Shown here: positions 44,371 to 58,809 of the stretch, piece by piece
How the letters are laid out: the number at the start of each line of letters is the position of its first letter
Numbering within the stretch: position 1 is the first letter of the stretch
Notes under the pieces: generated by a model
Told to the model about the DNA's origin: nothing
Database searches by the model: none
Seen by the model: only the letters and a program-made list of their open reading frames with translations
Translations under genes and position numbers: made by a program
Origin: Octopus vulgaris
Taxonomy: Eukaryota
Length of the DNA stretch: 64,000 nt
Reading direction: 5' to 3'
Assembly: GCA_951406725.2 (NCBI GenBank)
Contig: OX597821.1
Location: 18,104,001-18,168,000, forward strand

Positions 44371-45339
44371 TGCTATTTTATTTTAAAAGTTGTTTTGTCT
44401 TTTTTTCAATTTTTTTTCTTCTTTAAATCCTCTCCTTCAAACACTCATACATCGAAATGACGGGAGTGTACAAATATACAAATACATACATACATACATA
44501 TATACTTACACACACACTCGCAGGCGCGCGCACATACACGCTCGTGCACGTTCGCGCACGCATACACGCATGCATGCACCACGCTCGTGGTTTGACCGAC
44601 TAGATCTCCTGCACGTATCTGGGGCCGGCGCGTGTCTTTGGGTTCTCCCACGCCTGTCGCCGCGGGACCACTCTTCCATCTTCCCCTCCCCCCCTCCGCT
44701 GCAGTTTTTTTTCCTTAAACCCCCCCACCCCCTTCTTTGTACACACACGCACACACATACACACACCCACTCACACACACACATTTGCATATATATATAC
44801 ATTACACTTACACACACTTCTAATTTACTTGCCATACACACAACTACGCACACTGGACACACTACCACTCTACACACACACTGGCACGTTACATACGCCC
44901 CCACCCTTTCCCTCCTTCCCTTCTTCCCTCCTTCCTCCCTTTTTTTACCACTGACCACTCACTCGAGACTTGCTATGTCATCTGTTCGCCCTGCACGCAC
45001 TAACATATACATATTTTTTATTTTTTTATCTCGCCTCACACACACATACACACACGCACACGCACACACTCACACATACATACACACGCACACACACATA
45101 CCTCCCTGTTTCTGACCTGCCTTTCTGACTTGCTAGGGTACCCCCACACACTCCTTTAATTCTACTACTGCCTGCTACTAGCCACTGTCCACCATACACA
45201 CACATACACACACACGCACACACTCACACACACACCCTCGTTTTCTCGCACACCTTTTTTTACCATTCCCTCTTTGATTCAGCTCTCCTGTTTTTAAAAA
45301 ACATTTTCCTCCTTTTTTACCACTTCCGTCTTTTCAGTA

Positions 45340-45537
45340 TGTGACCTCGCGAAGACTACCTGCAATTTTTTTCCTCTGTCCTCCCGTCTCGGGATCTTTC
45401 TTTCTCCTATGTTTCCGACGAAGAGCTCCGCTCGAAACGTCATACCCTCCTTCTTCCATTTTCCTGAGCGCCTAATAATAATAATACTGTAATTGTTCCA
45501 CGTGTTGTTGTTTTTTCTGTTTTCCCGTTTGGATTAA
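45340..45537 (+). mobile_element. Family-H1 hammerhead-bearing element
   Basis: HHR-like motif at 45411-45445 (gttt-CCGACGA-a-gagc tcc gctc-GAA-ACGT-C-atac). Ends ggattaac followed by (TA)n. Confidence 0.7.
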
Positions 45538-45609
<72 letters not shown>

Positions 45610-45610
<1 letters not shown>

Positions 45611-45850
45611 TTTATTTAAAGCGGCAGAAAATTCAACAAAATCTGTTACTCTGAGTTTCTCGTTGCCGTTCATCAGACAGTTTTTGCTAGATTCTAGCAA
45701 AAGCAAAAACTGTCTGATGAACGGCAACGAGAAACTCAGAGTAACAGATTTTGTTGAATTTTCTGCTGCTTTAAATAAAGCATATTACTCTACCACTGGT
45801 ATTTGAGTACTCTTTTTTTCCACCTTGTTTCACATTTATGTGTTTACTCC

Positions 45851-45853
<3 letters not shown>
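45610..45853 (+). mobile_element. Fold-back element (~80-bp arms) with a hammerhead on each strand (family H3)
   Basis: 45610-45689 is inverted relative to about 45702-45780. Unique tail to 45853. (TA)n on both sides. A second, shorter copy is at 56908-57071. Confidence 0.85.
45710..45747 (+). ncRNA. Type I hammerhead ribozyme motif with canonical core (mirror copy on minus strand at 45643-45680)
   Basis: ctgt-CTGATGA-acg(gcaa)cga-GAA-ACTC(a)GAGT-A-acag. Predicted cleavage after GUA at 45741-45743. Confidence 0.75.
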
Positions 45854-45904
<51 letters not shown>

Positions 45905-46105
45905 CACACACACAGAGACTCTCTCACACACACACAAACACATATATATACCTTATGTGTGTATGTATGCATGTATGCATGATATATGTAAGTATGTATT
46001 ATGTATGCAGGTCGTAGTAGTGATATTGTTCCTCTCGTTCTCTCTCCCTCTCTCTCTTTTTCTCCCCCTCTCTTTCTCTCTCTGTTTTTCTTTCTATATA
46101 TCTAT

Positions 46106-46157
<52 letters not shown>

Positions 46158-46625
46158 CTTCAAAGCCAAAAAGTACTGTCGCCAAAACAGACTGAATATC
46201 CAGATAATTGATTGAGCCAAAATGTCAACGTCTAAACTACTGCGACCTATTATCTATTAAGTATTAATTAACCATCAGTTAAGTACTCTCTTGGCATAAT
46301 ATAACGTATATTTGTTTTATGGGTCTAACATTGAAAAAGTGACAACCAATTTTAACATATTATTGTTGTATGTTCCCATAGCAACATGATGTTAAAGTTG
46401 AAACTACACAATAAAATGTTTATCACATGTTCAGATCTCATTTAAGGCAGTTGATTAACATTATGATGCCTCAATTAAATTTTAGAAATGATATTTTTTA
46501 TCCAACAGATTTCATTTGTCAGAAATATAAAAATAATTAAACCCAATTATTGTATTCTTTCATCCAATAAAAATTAAGTCGGACCATTCATTATTGTCAT
46601 TCAGTTTCACTATTGTAATATTGTA

Positions 46626-46848
46626 CGAGGGGAGGTGAAAAGAGCCTGGCTTTAAGGCTTTAAGCGTAACGTGAAAGGCCTGGCTGGAGGGCCAACCTTC
46701 CGAATTTTTTTACAGGGCTTAAAACTCTGAAAGATCGTTGCAATAAGTGTATGAATCTAAGAGGGGAATATGTTGAATAAAATTATAATTAACCGATCCT
46801 TTTGTATTTTCTTTTACCCAAAGCCAGGAACTTTACAGCACCCCCTCC
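46626..46848. mobile_element. Mariner-type MITE
   Basis: TA|CGAGGGGAGGTGAAAAGAGCCTGGCTTT ... AAAGCCAGGAACTTTACAGCACCCCCTCC|TA. Partial copy at about 40405-40475. Confidence 0.7.
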
Positions 46849-46854
46849 TAAATA

Positions 46855-47701
46855 CCCTATTTTCCAGCATATAAGACGCACCCTCGCTTAAGTCGCACAT
46901 TCGCGTAAGATGTGACCTCGAGTAAGACGCACCCTCGCTTAAGACGCACAATATTTTACAAAGATGCTATTGAAATATTTTCTAAAGTGGTTTTCTCAGA
47001 AAAAATGTATGTTTCTGTACAAATAATACTCTGTTTTGGAAGTATGCTACAATAAAGTATGGTATCATAAATGCATTATAAACAAACTACATCATAGGAG
47101 TACAGTGTTTCTTCTGTCATTTAAATTGTTTAATTGCTCATATTTTGGTCAAGAAAATTGCCATACAGGATGTAAAATCTTGTATTTCTGGCTGCAAAGT
47201 TTTATGTAACTAAAATTAGCGCCAGGGTGATGCCCCATCACTATGAATTTGTTGTCATCCACTCGTTGCAAATAGCTGACAGATGAATGAGAGTTTGTTA
47301 ACATTTCTTCCATCATTCTAAGAGAATTTTTCGTTTAAGTAATTAATAAAAAATTTTCTTAAAGATAGCAGATTTATTAAATAATGTAACACACATATCA
47401 GGTGTAGGTTATGTATGCTGAGGAATAAGATATAACGATACAATGTTACTTACATAACTGCCGACATACAGTAAGTAATTAGTAGTAAGTTTGTACTAAC
47501 TATCTGTGATCATTTGGGCTTTGTTTCCAATATTTTATTATCAGTAACAATTATTGCACCTAACAGACGTATGCTCATCCGGACACCTGGACTACGATAT
47601 CCGGTCTCCCATCCATAATAGAGCCACGTTAGACGCAGAACAATATTTTGATACATTTAAAAACAACCAAAAAAGTGCGTCTTATACGTCGGTAAATACG
47701 G
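46855..47701. mobile_element. pogo/Tigger-type non-autonomous DNA transposon
   Basis: TA|CCCTATTTTCCAGCATATAAGACGCAC ... GTGCGTCTTATACGTCGGTAAATACGG|TA, with subterminal taagacgcac repeats. Confidence 0.75.
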
Positions 47702-47919
47702 TAGTTAAATTTAAAATATATCGGATCCCGAAAATATCTCGACTATTAGATCAATCTTTAACAACAGATAGCAGTTTGGTTTTACACAGGAACAAAACAC
47801 TGAGCCCAGGGTGTAGCAAATCCTACTCTTCCTTCCCGGTGAATCTTGCACTATATGTAGTATTTGTGAAAATTTAGTTTAATATATAATACAGTAAATT
47901 ATACTATGATATAATATGT

Positions 47920-48137
47920 ATACATATGCATACATACATAATACATACATACATACATACATACATACATACATACATACATACATACATACATGCATGC
48001 ATGCATGCATACATACATACATGCATGCATGCATGCATACATACATACATACATACATACATACATACTTACATGCATACATACATACATACATACACAC
48101 ATACATACATACATACATACATACATACATACATACA

Positions 48138-48166
<29 letters not shown>
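47920..48166. repeat. (ACAT)n/(ATGC)n microsatellite
   Basis: Visible run. Confidence 0.9.
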
Positions 48167-48168
<2 letters not shown>

Positions 48169-48285
48169 GAAATTCGCTCATAAGGCATTGGTCGATCGGG
48201 CTATAATAGAAGACATTTGCCAAACATGCCGTGCAATGGAACTGAACCGAAAACCACGTGGTTACAAAGTAAAAATTCTTATTAC

Positions 48286-48792
48286 CTCGAAACGAAGTTT
48301 TCCGACCGGTGGGGCAGCATAAGGTACTCCTAGATAATATTCCGCAAACTTTCCGGGAAGAACCTCTTTGACGAAACCCCTAACTTTGCCATAAATCGTG
48401 TCTCGTACTACTTCTTCTGATCCTTTTAGTGATGATGATGCTAACTGAACTTGTGCCAGCGGCGGTGGTGGCGCTAGTGGTTGTCCTTTTAGCTGTGACT
48501 CGCGTACAGATGGTAATACTGCTTCCGGCTGGTCAGTTGATGACTCGGGTACAGTTCGTTGTACCCTTTGGGATACTGCAGGTTCGGATACTGTTTCGGG
48601 TACTTGTGGTTGTGACTGGAATACGGGTGACGCTACGGGGTGTCGTACTGTTTGTGCCGATACCGACGAAGATGACGATTCTTTTAAGAGCACGTCAACG
48701 CTATGATCAGCGACAGGCGGGACAGAAAATGAGCAAGCAGCTTTGGAGGCTAAAATAAGGAGAAGAAAGGCATGCCGCCAACAGATCTCCAT
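48286..48792 (-). CDS. Neuroligin-like / type-B carboxylesterase gene, first coding exon (signal peptide, P/S/Q/V-rich linker, start of the alpha/beta-hydrolase domain)
   Basis: ATG at 48792-48790. Hydrophobic signal-like MEICWRHAFLLLILASKAACS, then ...VRDTIYGKVRG...YYLGVPYAAPPVGKLRFE, the COesterase N-terminal motif. Ends at GAG|GTAATA, a phase-0 donor. An upstream acceptor ttttcacag (exon start 48817) implies a 5'UTR intron. Confidence 0.92.
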
Positions 48793-49384
48793 CACTAAGC
48801 AGTCGATCGCTTCACGTCTGTGAAAACAGCTGTTAACTACAAGAGCGGGAATGTGTATGTGTGTATGCCCGTGTGTGCGTATGCATATGGTAGCTGAGTG
48901 CGCTGTTCTTGGTCTGTGTGTGTGTGCATGCGGTTGATTGCTCGTACATGTGTGTGCATTTGTGAGCGTGAGTCGCTGTTAGAGTATAAGTATCAGAGCA
49001 GTTATTCAATTCACTGTATACCTTTACATCTCTGTAGTAAAGTATATGTATGTATATATGTGTCTATTTGTGTGCGCATGTATGCGTATGTGTGTGTGTG
49101 TGTGTATGTGTGGTACTATATATATATATATATAATTAGATGTCTACATATAAGTGTGGTGGAGTGTGTCTATCTCTGTGACTTTAAGGTAAACGTGAAT
49201 GTGTATATAGGTGCACAGTTATGCAGTTATGTACTCGTGTGTGTGTGTGTGCGCGTGTGTTATGTGTGAATATGTAAATATGTATATAAGTATATCTGTG
49301 TGATAAATATGTGTGCGTGTGAGGAAAAGAGACAGATATACAGTAAGAAAATGTTTTTGTGTGTGTGTATATGTATATGCACGC

Positions 49385-49452
<68 letters not shown>

Positions 49453-49836
49453 CTGAGTATGTGCGAGAGCAAGAGAGAGAGAGAGTATGTGCGTATATAG
49501 GTTTACGTGTGTATATTGATGCAAACGGGAGATTGTTAAAACAGATTTCAACTTGGAATCGAAGCTGAAGTTTTAAGATTAAAGATTGAAGATTAAAGAT
49601 TGAAGATTAAAGGTTGGAGACTAAGAAGAATACGACAAAGCTTATGACTGCTGAGTAAACAAGAGCCACAACAGCAACAAAATCACGTGGACAAATGATT
49701 AAATTTAATTTTCCCTGGATATTATTGTTGTTGTTGTAGATGCTTTTGTTGTAGTTGTTGTTTTTATCGTGTTTATTGTTTAGCAACCTTTTCTCAATAC
49801 GTTCATCGTGTGTATATAGCTTCACATAGATGCATA

Positions 49837-49875
<39 letters not shown>

Positions 49876-49949
49876 CACACACACACACACACAGAGGCGT
49901 ATGCAAATAACACAAATTCCTACATACATGCATGCATGCATGCATGTAT

Positions 49950-49995
<46 letters not shown>

Positions 49996-50089
49996 GCACA
50001 TGCAAATAGCACACATTCATACATGCATACACACACACATCTGTGTGTATATATCATTGTCTACAAATGTATGTCTGGTATAGACAAAC

Positions 50090-50186
<97 letters not shown>

Positions 50187-50565
50187 CACACACACACACA
50201 AATAGAGATAGAAAAAGACACGATAGATAGATAGATAGATTTATAGGTTAGTGCATGTTTGTGTGTACATACGAATTGATGTTTGTGTATTTACTTAGCT
50301 CTGCTCGTGTATGTATGTTTATGTTTTCATGCTGAAGAATATTTAACTGTTGACGGTAAACAAATTGAAGTGGAAGTGCATAAACACTGTTTGCACACAC
50401 ACACACACATACACACACACACACGCACGCACACACGCACACACACACACATACACACACACACACACATTCACACAAACGTGCAGACACTCTACATTCT
50501 AATTGCGTTTAGTCCTTTTTCTAATTGTGGATAACATGACCATTCGATGTAGTATACGTTTATAA

Positions 50566-50567
50566 AC

Positions 50568-50625
<58 letters not shown>

Positions 50626-50783
50626 GTAATAATAATAATAGTAATAATAATAATAATAATAGTAATAATAGTAATAATAATAATAACAATAATAATAATA
50701 ATAATAATAATAACAACAACAAAAACAACAATAATAATAATGATAGCAATAATAATAATTACAATAACGATAATAATAATAAT
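50566..50783. repeat. (AAT)n-derived tract
   Basis: Visible run. Confidence 0.9.
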
Positions 50784-51065
50784 GGTCTCAAATTTTGGCA
50801 CAAGGCCAGCAATTTGGGGGAAGTTGATAAGTTGATTACATTGATGATGATGATGATGATTATGATGATGATGATTTCCATTATTTGTCCCCGGGGAGAT
50901 GAATAAGTGAGAAGTTACAAAGACAGACATAAAGTGTAGGGATATACATAGAATGGTAAGACAAAAGAATGTGTAAAAAGTATACACGATATACAGTATA
51001 AAAAAATGTTTTTAAAGTATATATACATATACATACATATATAGGCTTCAGTTTCTGTCTCAAAT

Positions 51066-51137
<72 letters not shown>

Positions 51138-51224
51138 AGAGTTTACGAAAATAGCAAAAGACGAAGACATGTGGTGAACAAAACAAACAGATGTATTAAT
51201 ATAACGTTCAGGAGTAGAAAAAGT

Positions 51225-51260
51225 CTTTTACGTTTCGAGCCTACGCTCTTCTACAGAAAG
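51225..51260 (-). ncRNA. Minimal hammerhead-like motif in a family-H2 element (about 51135-51320)
   Basis: cttt-CTGTAGA-a-gagc(gtag)gctc-GAA-ACGT-A-aaag. Confidence 0.5.
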
Positions 51261-51335
51261 GGACACAGAAAAAGCAAGGAGAGAAATGTGTATAGTGGCT
51301 AACGATCTATCATGGCGATTTATCATATATGTATG

Positions 51336-51367
<32 letters not shown>

Positions 51368-51754
51368 CTTTACTTTTGTACTTTTACTTTTACTTGTTTC
51401 AATCACTTGACAGCGGCCATGCTGGGGCACCGCCTTCAGTCGAGCAAATCGACCCCAGGACTTATTATTTGGAAGCCTAGTACTTATTCTATCGGGCTCT
51501 TTTACCGAACCGCTAAGTTACGGGGACGTAAATACTCCACCAACGGTTGTCAAGCGATGTTGGGGGACAAACACAGACACACAAACATATACACACATAC
51601 ATATATTTATATATATATATATATACGGCGGGCTTCTTTCAGTTTCCGTCTACCACATCCACTCACAAGGCTTTGGTCGGTCCGAGGCTATAGTAGAAGA
51701 CTATAGGTGCCACGCAGTGAGAATGAACCTGGAACCATGTAGTTTGTAAGCAAG

Positions 51755-51812
<58 letters not shown>

Positions 51813-52185
51813 CGTGGCTATGTGGTAAGAAGGTTGCTTCCCAACCACATGGTTCCAGGTTCAGTCCCACTGCGTGTCACTTTGGACATGTGTCTTCTGT
51901 TATAGCCTCGATCCGACCAAAGTTTTGTGAGTGAATTTGGTTGACGGAAACTGAAAGAAGCCCGCCGTATATATATATTTATGTATATATTTATGTCTGT
52001 GTTTGTCCTCCCACCATCGCTTGACAACCGATAATGGTATTTTTACGTCCCTGTAACCTAGTGGTTCAGAAAAAGAGACCGATAAAGGCTTACAAAGCAT
52101 TAATCCTGGGGCCGATTTATTCGACTAAAGGAGGTGCTCCAGCATGGCCGCAGTTAAATTACTGAAACAAGTAAAAGGATGAAAC
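51368..52185. mobile_element. Two family-A SINEs in divergent (inverted) orientation around a (TA)n tract
   Basis: 51368-51757 (-) and 51810-52185 (+). Confidence 0.8.
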
Positions 52186-52800
52186 AATATATACATATAT
52201 ATATATATAGTATACATCAGTAAAGAAGACCGATAGTGATGTCACCCTCCTAATACAGAAGTACCTCTAACGTCAGTTGTTGAACACCACCATTCAAGAT
52301 GTCCCTGAACATGAAGGACAAGTGCCTTCTTTAGTTCCAATTCTCTTACTCACAGGTTTAAACTTAGAGCGGTGCCACTCTTGCCATTTTAACCCGCTTT
52401 ACCTTTACTTTTCTTTCCTAATGACAATTGATGAACTTGGTTAAAGCTCAACCACAAAAGGAAGATCTCTGTCCTCATGCCTTCAACGATTCCTTCTACC
52501 GTAGACACGGGGACAGGAATTTGGTGGGGGACCTCCACTCGATTACATCGGCCCTCAATAATAATAATAATGGTTTCAAATTTTGGGGTGGGTCAAGGCC
52601 AGCAGTTTTAGGAGGGGAATGTAAATCGATTACATTGATCTCATGGCTCAAATGTTATTCATTTTATCGACTCTGAAAGGATGAAAGGTGAAGTCGACTT
52701 GGGTGAAATTTGAATTGAAAAGCCGGAAGGTAATTTGTCTAACACTGAGATGATCCAACCAATTCGTATGTGTACCTCTTTCTCTCTCTCTCGCTTTCTT

Positions 52801-52846
<46 letters not shown>

Positions 52847-53015
52847 TGTATATATATATATATATACATAAAAGCGGGAGAGACAGACAGGCAGATAGAT
52901 ACACACGTGTCTCTATACCTGTATGTACATACATACATATATATGTATATATATATACACATATATATATATGTGTGTCTGTGTGTGTATGTATATATAC
53001 ATATATATACATATT

Positions 53016-53083
<68 letters not shown>

Positions 53084-53095
53084 TACACTCACACA

Positions 53096-54344
53096 CAGGC
53101 GGAGATGCAAAACGTGCATTAAAAGTTACATTGATATTTCACAACAACCACTACACCAAATGGTATGAAACCTAATGCAGAACGAAGAATACATTGTCAG
53201 CTAATAATAAACGCTTTTCTGTAGAAATATTGGAGGATATGACAATGCAGGGTATGTGATTTGCTCTGTGCAAAAGTCGAACTGAAGAGGATCTTAAGCA
53301 TAGTCAGAGTATCCTTATGCGCAGTTTATAGCTTCAAGAAGAGAATGAACATGGGCAACGGCGTTCAGAGGAAGTCTGGCAGCAGTGACGCTAACAAGAA
53401 GCGGAATCAAAACTTCATCAACACTCTCAAGTCTAAAATTTCAACGGATCCAACCGCGTCCATGAGAAAGCTGTCCTCTGAACTTGATGTGGAGCCCAAG
53501 ACCATCAGAACAGCTGTGAATAATGACTTGAATCTCAAGTCCTACACGAGGACGCCGATACAACTACTGACAGAACCTATGAAGGCCAGGAGACTGGAGA
53601 GATGCAGAAAGGTTCTCATATGCCTCAAGAAGAACGGGTCCACTGTGAAAATGTTTTCTGAGGAGAAATCTTCACAATGGATGCCGTTGTGAACCGCAGA
53701 AACGATCGGTACATTGCAGAGCAAGCAGCTGACGTCAGGGACACCTTCAGAACAAAACTTCCAGCCCAGGCCATAGCCTTCGCTCTTGTAGCCTACGACG
53801 GAAGAAAGATGCCCATCTACTTCTGCAAACCTGAAGAAAGGCTGGGTGCAGTCGCCTACTACATGGCGCTGAGGTACCATTACTTACTATGGTTCAAGGC
53901 CAACTACCCGGAGGGTAACTATGTGTGGATTTAGGATGGTGCTTCCAGCCATACTACCAAGAAGGTACAGAATTTCTGCAAATCAAACTTTGCTGCTTTC
54001 TGGTCTGCGGATTTCTGACCCTCTTCCAGTCCGGAACTCAGCTCTCTGGACTATACTGCGTGGGTCATTTTGGAGCATGCCACCAACAAAACCTCCCATC
54101 CCGACATCAACTCTCTGAAGGCTGCTATCAATGAGGAGTGAGCCAGGATGTCCAGTGACTTCATGGTAAAGAGTTGGGAGGGGTTCCGGGACCGTGTAGA
54201 GGCTGTAATTACAAATATTGGAAGCGACATAGAATTAATTATTCGTTTTGTGATTATATGTAAATGTTATTAACCAATTTTTTAAATTACTAAACCTATT
54301 AATGCGCAATGAGTTTCAAATGTTAGTTTTGCTTACCGACCCTG
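53096..54344 (+). mobile_element. Tc1/mariner superfamily DD37D (maT-like) transposon, decayed
   Basis: HTH region, FSEEK, then *DGASSH...*PSSSPELSSLDY with 37 residues between the 2nd and 3rd Asp. Imperfect TIRs cagg(gt)cgg..gcaaaac..catt, and TA at the right end. Confidence 0.85.
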
Positions 54345-54372
54345 TATATATAGATATATAAGATAGACAGAC

Positions 54373-54440
<68 letters not shown>

Positions 54441-54441
<1 letters not shown>

Positions 54442-54842
54442 CTCTTTTACTCTTTTACTTGTTTCAGTCATTTGACTGCGGCCATGCTAGAGCACCGCCT
54501 TTAGTCGAGCAAATCGACCCTGGGACTTATTCTTTGTAAGCCCAGTACTTATTCTATCGGTCTCTTTTGCCGAACCGCTAAGTGACGGGGACCTAAACAC
54601 ACCAGCATCGGTTGTCAAGCAATGCTAGGGTAACAAACACAGACACACAAACATATACACATACATACATATATATATATACATACATATATACGACAGG
54701 CTTCTTTCAGTTTCCGTCTACCAAATCCACTCACAAGGCATTGGTCGGCCCGGGGCTATAGCAAAAGACACTTGCCCAAAGTGCCACGCAGTGGGACTGA
54801 ACCCGGAACCATGTGGCTGGTAAGCAAGCTACTTACCACACA
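54441..54842 (-). mobile_element. tRNA-derived SINE (family A) embedded in (GATA)n
   Basis: Reverse complement of 59637-60057. Confidence 0.85.
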
Positions 54843-54847
54843 GATAA

Positions 54848-54924
<77 letters not shown>

Positions 54925-55344
54925 CTCATGCGTGCGCGCGCACACACACATATATGTGCCTGCACATATACACAAACACACATACATATCTCCATGAATA
55001 TATGTATATATGTGAATATGAATGTGATGTGTGTGCGCGCACGCGTTTGAACGTGATTGTTGCTCGTGTGTTGCTGGATGTTGTTCAGAGTTTCACTTCT
55101 TGGGGAGGAGTTATTCCCGCCCCAGGCAATAACACCAGCAGAGTGCTGAATATATATTATGTTAGCTAATTACCCTTACACCACCACCTGAGCAAGCATG
55201 CTACACTGCACCTCACAGCACCAGACTACAACAGCAGGCAACGAAGACGACTGCTCGAATTGCTAGAAAGAGCAGTCAAATAACTATCAACTCACACTCT
55301 CCCGTCATAAAAAAAAAACCGTAGCTCTTGAGAACTTGGTGGTG

Positions 55345-55570
55345 GTTGGCAGAAACGTTAGCACGCCGGGCGAAATGCTTAGCGGTATTTCGTCTGCGTT
55401 ACGTTGTGAGTTCGAATTCCGCCGAGGTCGACTTTGCCTTTCATCCTTTCGGGGTCGATAAATTAAGTACCAGTTACGCACTGGGGTCGATGTAATCGAC
55501 TTAATCCGTTTGTCTGTCCTTGTTTGTCCTCTCTGTGTTTAGCCCCTTGTGGGTAATAAAGAAATAGGTA
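55345..55570 (+). mobile_element. Family-D (Nin-like) SINE monomer
   Basis: tggcagaaacgttagcacg...gagttcgaattcc B-box, followed by the Nin-like core. Confidence 0.8.
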
Positions 55571-56008
55571 GTGGTAATGGTGATGATGGTGGCGCTGGTG
55601 GTGGTGCTGGTGCTGCTGCCTTTGCTGCTGGTAGTCGTGGTCGGGGTGGTGCTGGTGGAGCTGGTGATGTGGCGTCGGTACTGGTAATGGTACTGGTGGT
55701 TGTGGTTGTGGCTGTGGTTGTGATTGTCGATGGCGGTGCTGATGATAGTAGTGGTGGCGGCGGTTGTGGTGGTGGTGGTGGCGGTTATAGTGGTAATGGT
55801 CATTGTAAGAGTACAGGAGATATCAACCACCGAATTTATGTGATGACACGTGTTAAATACGCCGCCACATGACCAAGCATTTGCATGTCATCATGAATGC
55901 ACACACACACACACTCTCTCTCTCACTCTTTCGTTCTCGCTCTCTCTCTCTATGTATCTATCTCGCTCTCTCTCGCTCTCGCGCTCTCTCTCTCTCTCTT
56001 TCTCTCAC

Positions 56009-56048
<40 letters not shown>

Positions 56049-56146
56049 ACACACACACACACACGCATGCACGCATGCAAGCACGCACGCAGACTTACAC
56101 ACACACAAGCAAACAAACACACTCTTATAGTATATTTGTATGAATG

Positions 56147-56178
<32 letters not shown>

Positions 56179-56262
56179 GATGGATGGATGGATGGATGGA
56201 TGGATGGATGGATGGATGGATGGATGGATGGATCGATGGATGGATCGATGGATGGATCGATG

Positions 56263-56306
<44 letters not shown>

Positions 56307-56673
56307 TCCATTATGTACAAATATACATACATACAAATATTCATAGATATATATATATATGTATATATACAGACATATATACATATATATATATATATAT
56401 CAGCTCGTGAGCTGAAACTAGATAAAATATAAAATATATACATATACGAATATATGTTTGTGAATGTGTGTGCTTTATATACATACACATGCACGCACAT
56501 AGTCATACACGCACAAACATACACACAAACTAACACACACACAAACACACTCATATGTGTGTTTGTATATATGTAAATATGTATGTACAAATAGATAGAT
56601 AGATAGATAGATAAACAGATAGGTGTGTGTGTGTCCAAAATATATACAAATATACATACATACAAGTATATAT

Positions 56674-56720
<47 letters not shown>

Positions 56721-56723
<3 letters not shown>

Positions 56724-56791
56724 GTTATCGCCATACTAATATGGCATTCTTATAAAAATAAGAAAAAATATTAGTATGGCGATAACTATTA
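56721..56791. repeat. Short fold-back hairpin between (TA)n tracts
   Basis: aatagttatcgccatactaatat ... atattagtatggcgataactatt. Confidence 0.9.
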
Positions 56792-56843
56792 TTTCCCGGG
56801 AACGCTGCCGCTGTTCTCTTTTAGAGAGACTTAGTTATTTTAA

Positions 56844-56907
<64 letters not shown>

Positions 56908-56908
<1 letters not shown>

Positions 56909-57071
56909 TTTATTTAAAGCAGCAGAAAATTCAACAAAACCTGTTACTCTGAGTTTCACGTTTCAGGTTTTGTTGAATTTTCTGCTGCTTTAAATAAAGC
57001 ATATTACTCTACCACTGGTATTTGAGTACTCTTTTTACCACCTTGTTTCACATTCATGTGTTTACTCCGGT
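56908..57071 (+). mobile_element. Second family-H3 fold-back element, with centre collapsed
   Basis: Same outer arms and tail as 45610-45853, but the CTGATGA half is missing. Confidence 0.8.
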
Positions 57072-58577
57072 ATATATATATATAAGAATATATATGTTTA
57101 TAAATGTGTATGCTTCATATATGTCCATACACACACACACACACACACTCACACACAAACATACGCGCGCGTACGCACACAAACACAAATATTTATGTAG
57201 AAGCTGTGTTGTTGTTTGTAAAAGTGGATGATGGTTTGCCATGATACATAGTGTGTGTATTTGAGTTTATGCGTATGTGCTTCACACGTTCCTCACTGTA
57301 CATATATGCTTAGATACAAGCATATATATGTATGTAATAACTATATATAACTCTGCTTACCTTTACATATATATTTGAGTGTTCATATGAGCATATGTTA
57401 GCATGTTATTGCGCTCACAAAATTTTCGTATCTTGCATATAGACAGCTAACTTTTATGAGTGCATTTATACATATATATATAACGCACATGATATGTATG
57501 AATGCATATATGCATGCATGTACGTGAATGCTTGCATATATTGAAGTGAATGTTTATGTGTCTGCATAAATGTATGCTTATATACTATCTGTGTGTATAC
57601 ACGCATTATGCATATAATGTTATATACACTTGTACTTATGCATGCACCTCAGTGTGCATTTACCTGTATGTATACATACTGTGAGTATATATGTTTCCAC
57701 ATATGCGTATATTTGCACGTTGTACATATGCATATATTTGTAATTTCATCAGTGCATTTGTACTATTTTGTAACAACTGGCGTATATACATGCGCAAGAG
57801 TTTACATACATGCGTGTTTATGCAATACGCATACGTATATACAACATGTTTGAAAGCATTTGGATATCTACAAGTATGTGTGTTCATAGGTGCAAATGCA
57901 TGTACCATTTAATGCATATATATATATATATACGAGCATGGGTATAATTATTACGACATATGTATTGCACATTTTATGCATATATGCATGCATGGATATA
58001 AACATTTATACGTTTGTATATGCATATATGTATGTATGCATGCATAGATGTCTGCACGTATACATGTGCGCATATATTTCTGTTTACGTGCGCATGTGTA
58101 CGAGTTTGTGTACGTATATCTTCATAGTTGTATGCTTGTATCTAGGCAAGCATCTATAGGCATGCATGCATGCATCTGCTTGTGTATGCAAATGAAGAAG
58201 TATTTATGTGCGTCTGTGTTCATGGATGTATGTATGCATGTGTCAATACGGGGATGCTTGCGTGTACATACACGTAGATGTATGTGCGGACGCATATCTA
58301 TCTGTGTGAATGCGTCTTGCAACAAGTGCTGAGGAGATGGAACGAAGAAGCGACTTAGCTTAGAGGACGGATAAGACAGTAAATACACGTAGCAGGAATT
58401 GTATATAGGGTGACTATGACAGACGTTGAACACAAATTCATTAACACACGCATGTGTATAAATACGTGTGTGTGTATGTGTGTGAGAGAGAGAGAGAGTA
58501 TGTGTGTGTGTGTGTGTGTGTGACCGTCCACCCTCCCCGCACATATATATACACTTACGCATATATATATACATATA

Positions 58578-58613
<36 letters not shown>

Positions 58614-58657
58614 TGTATTTATATGTACGTGAATATATACATATACATATACTCAGT

Positions 58658-58809
<152 letters not shown>

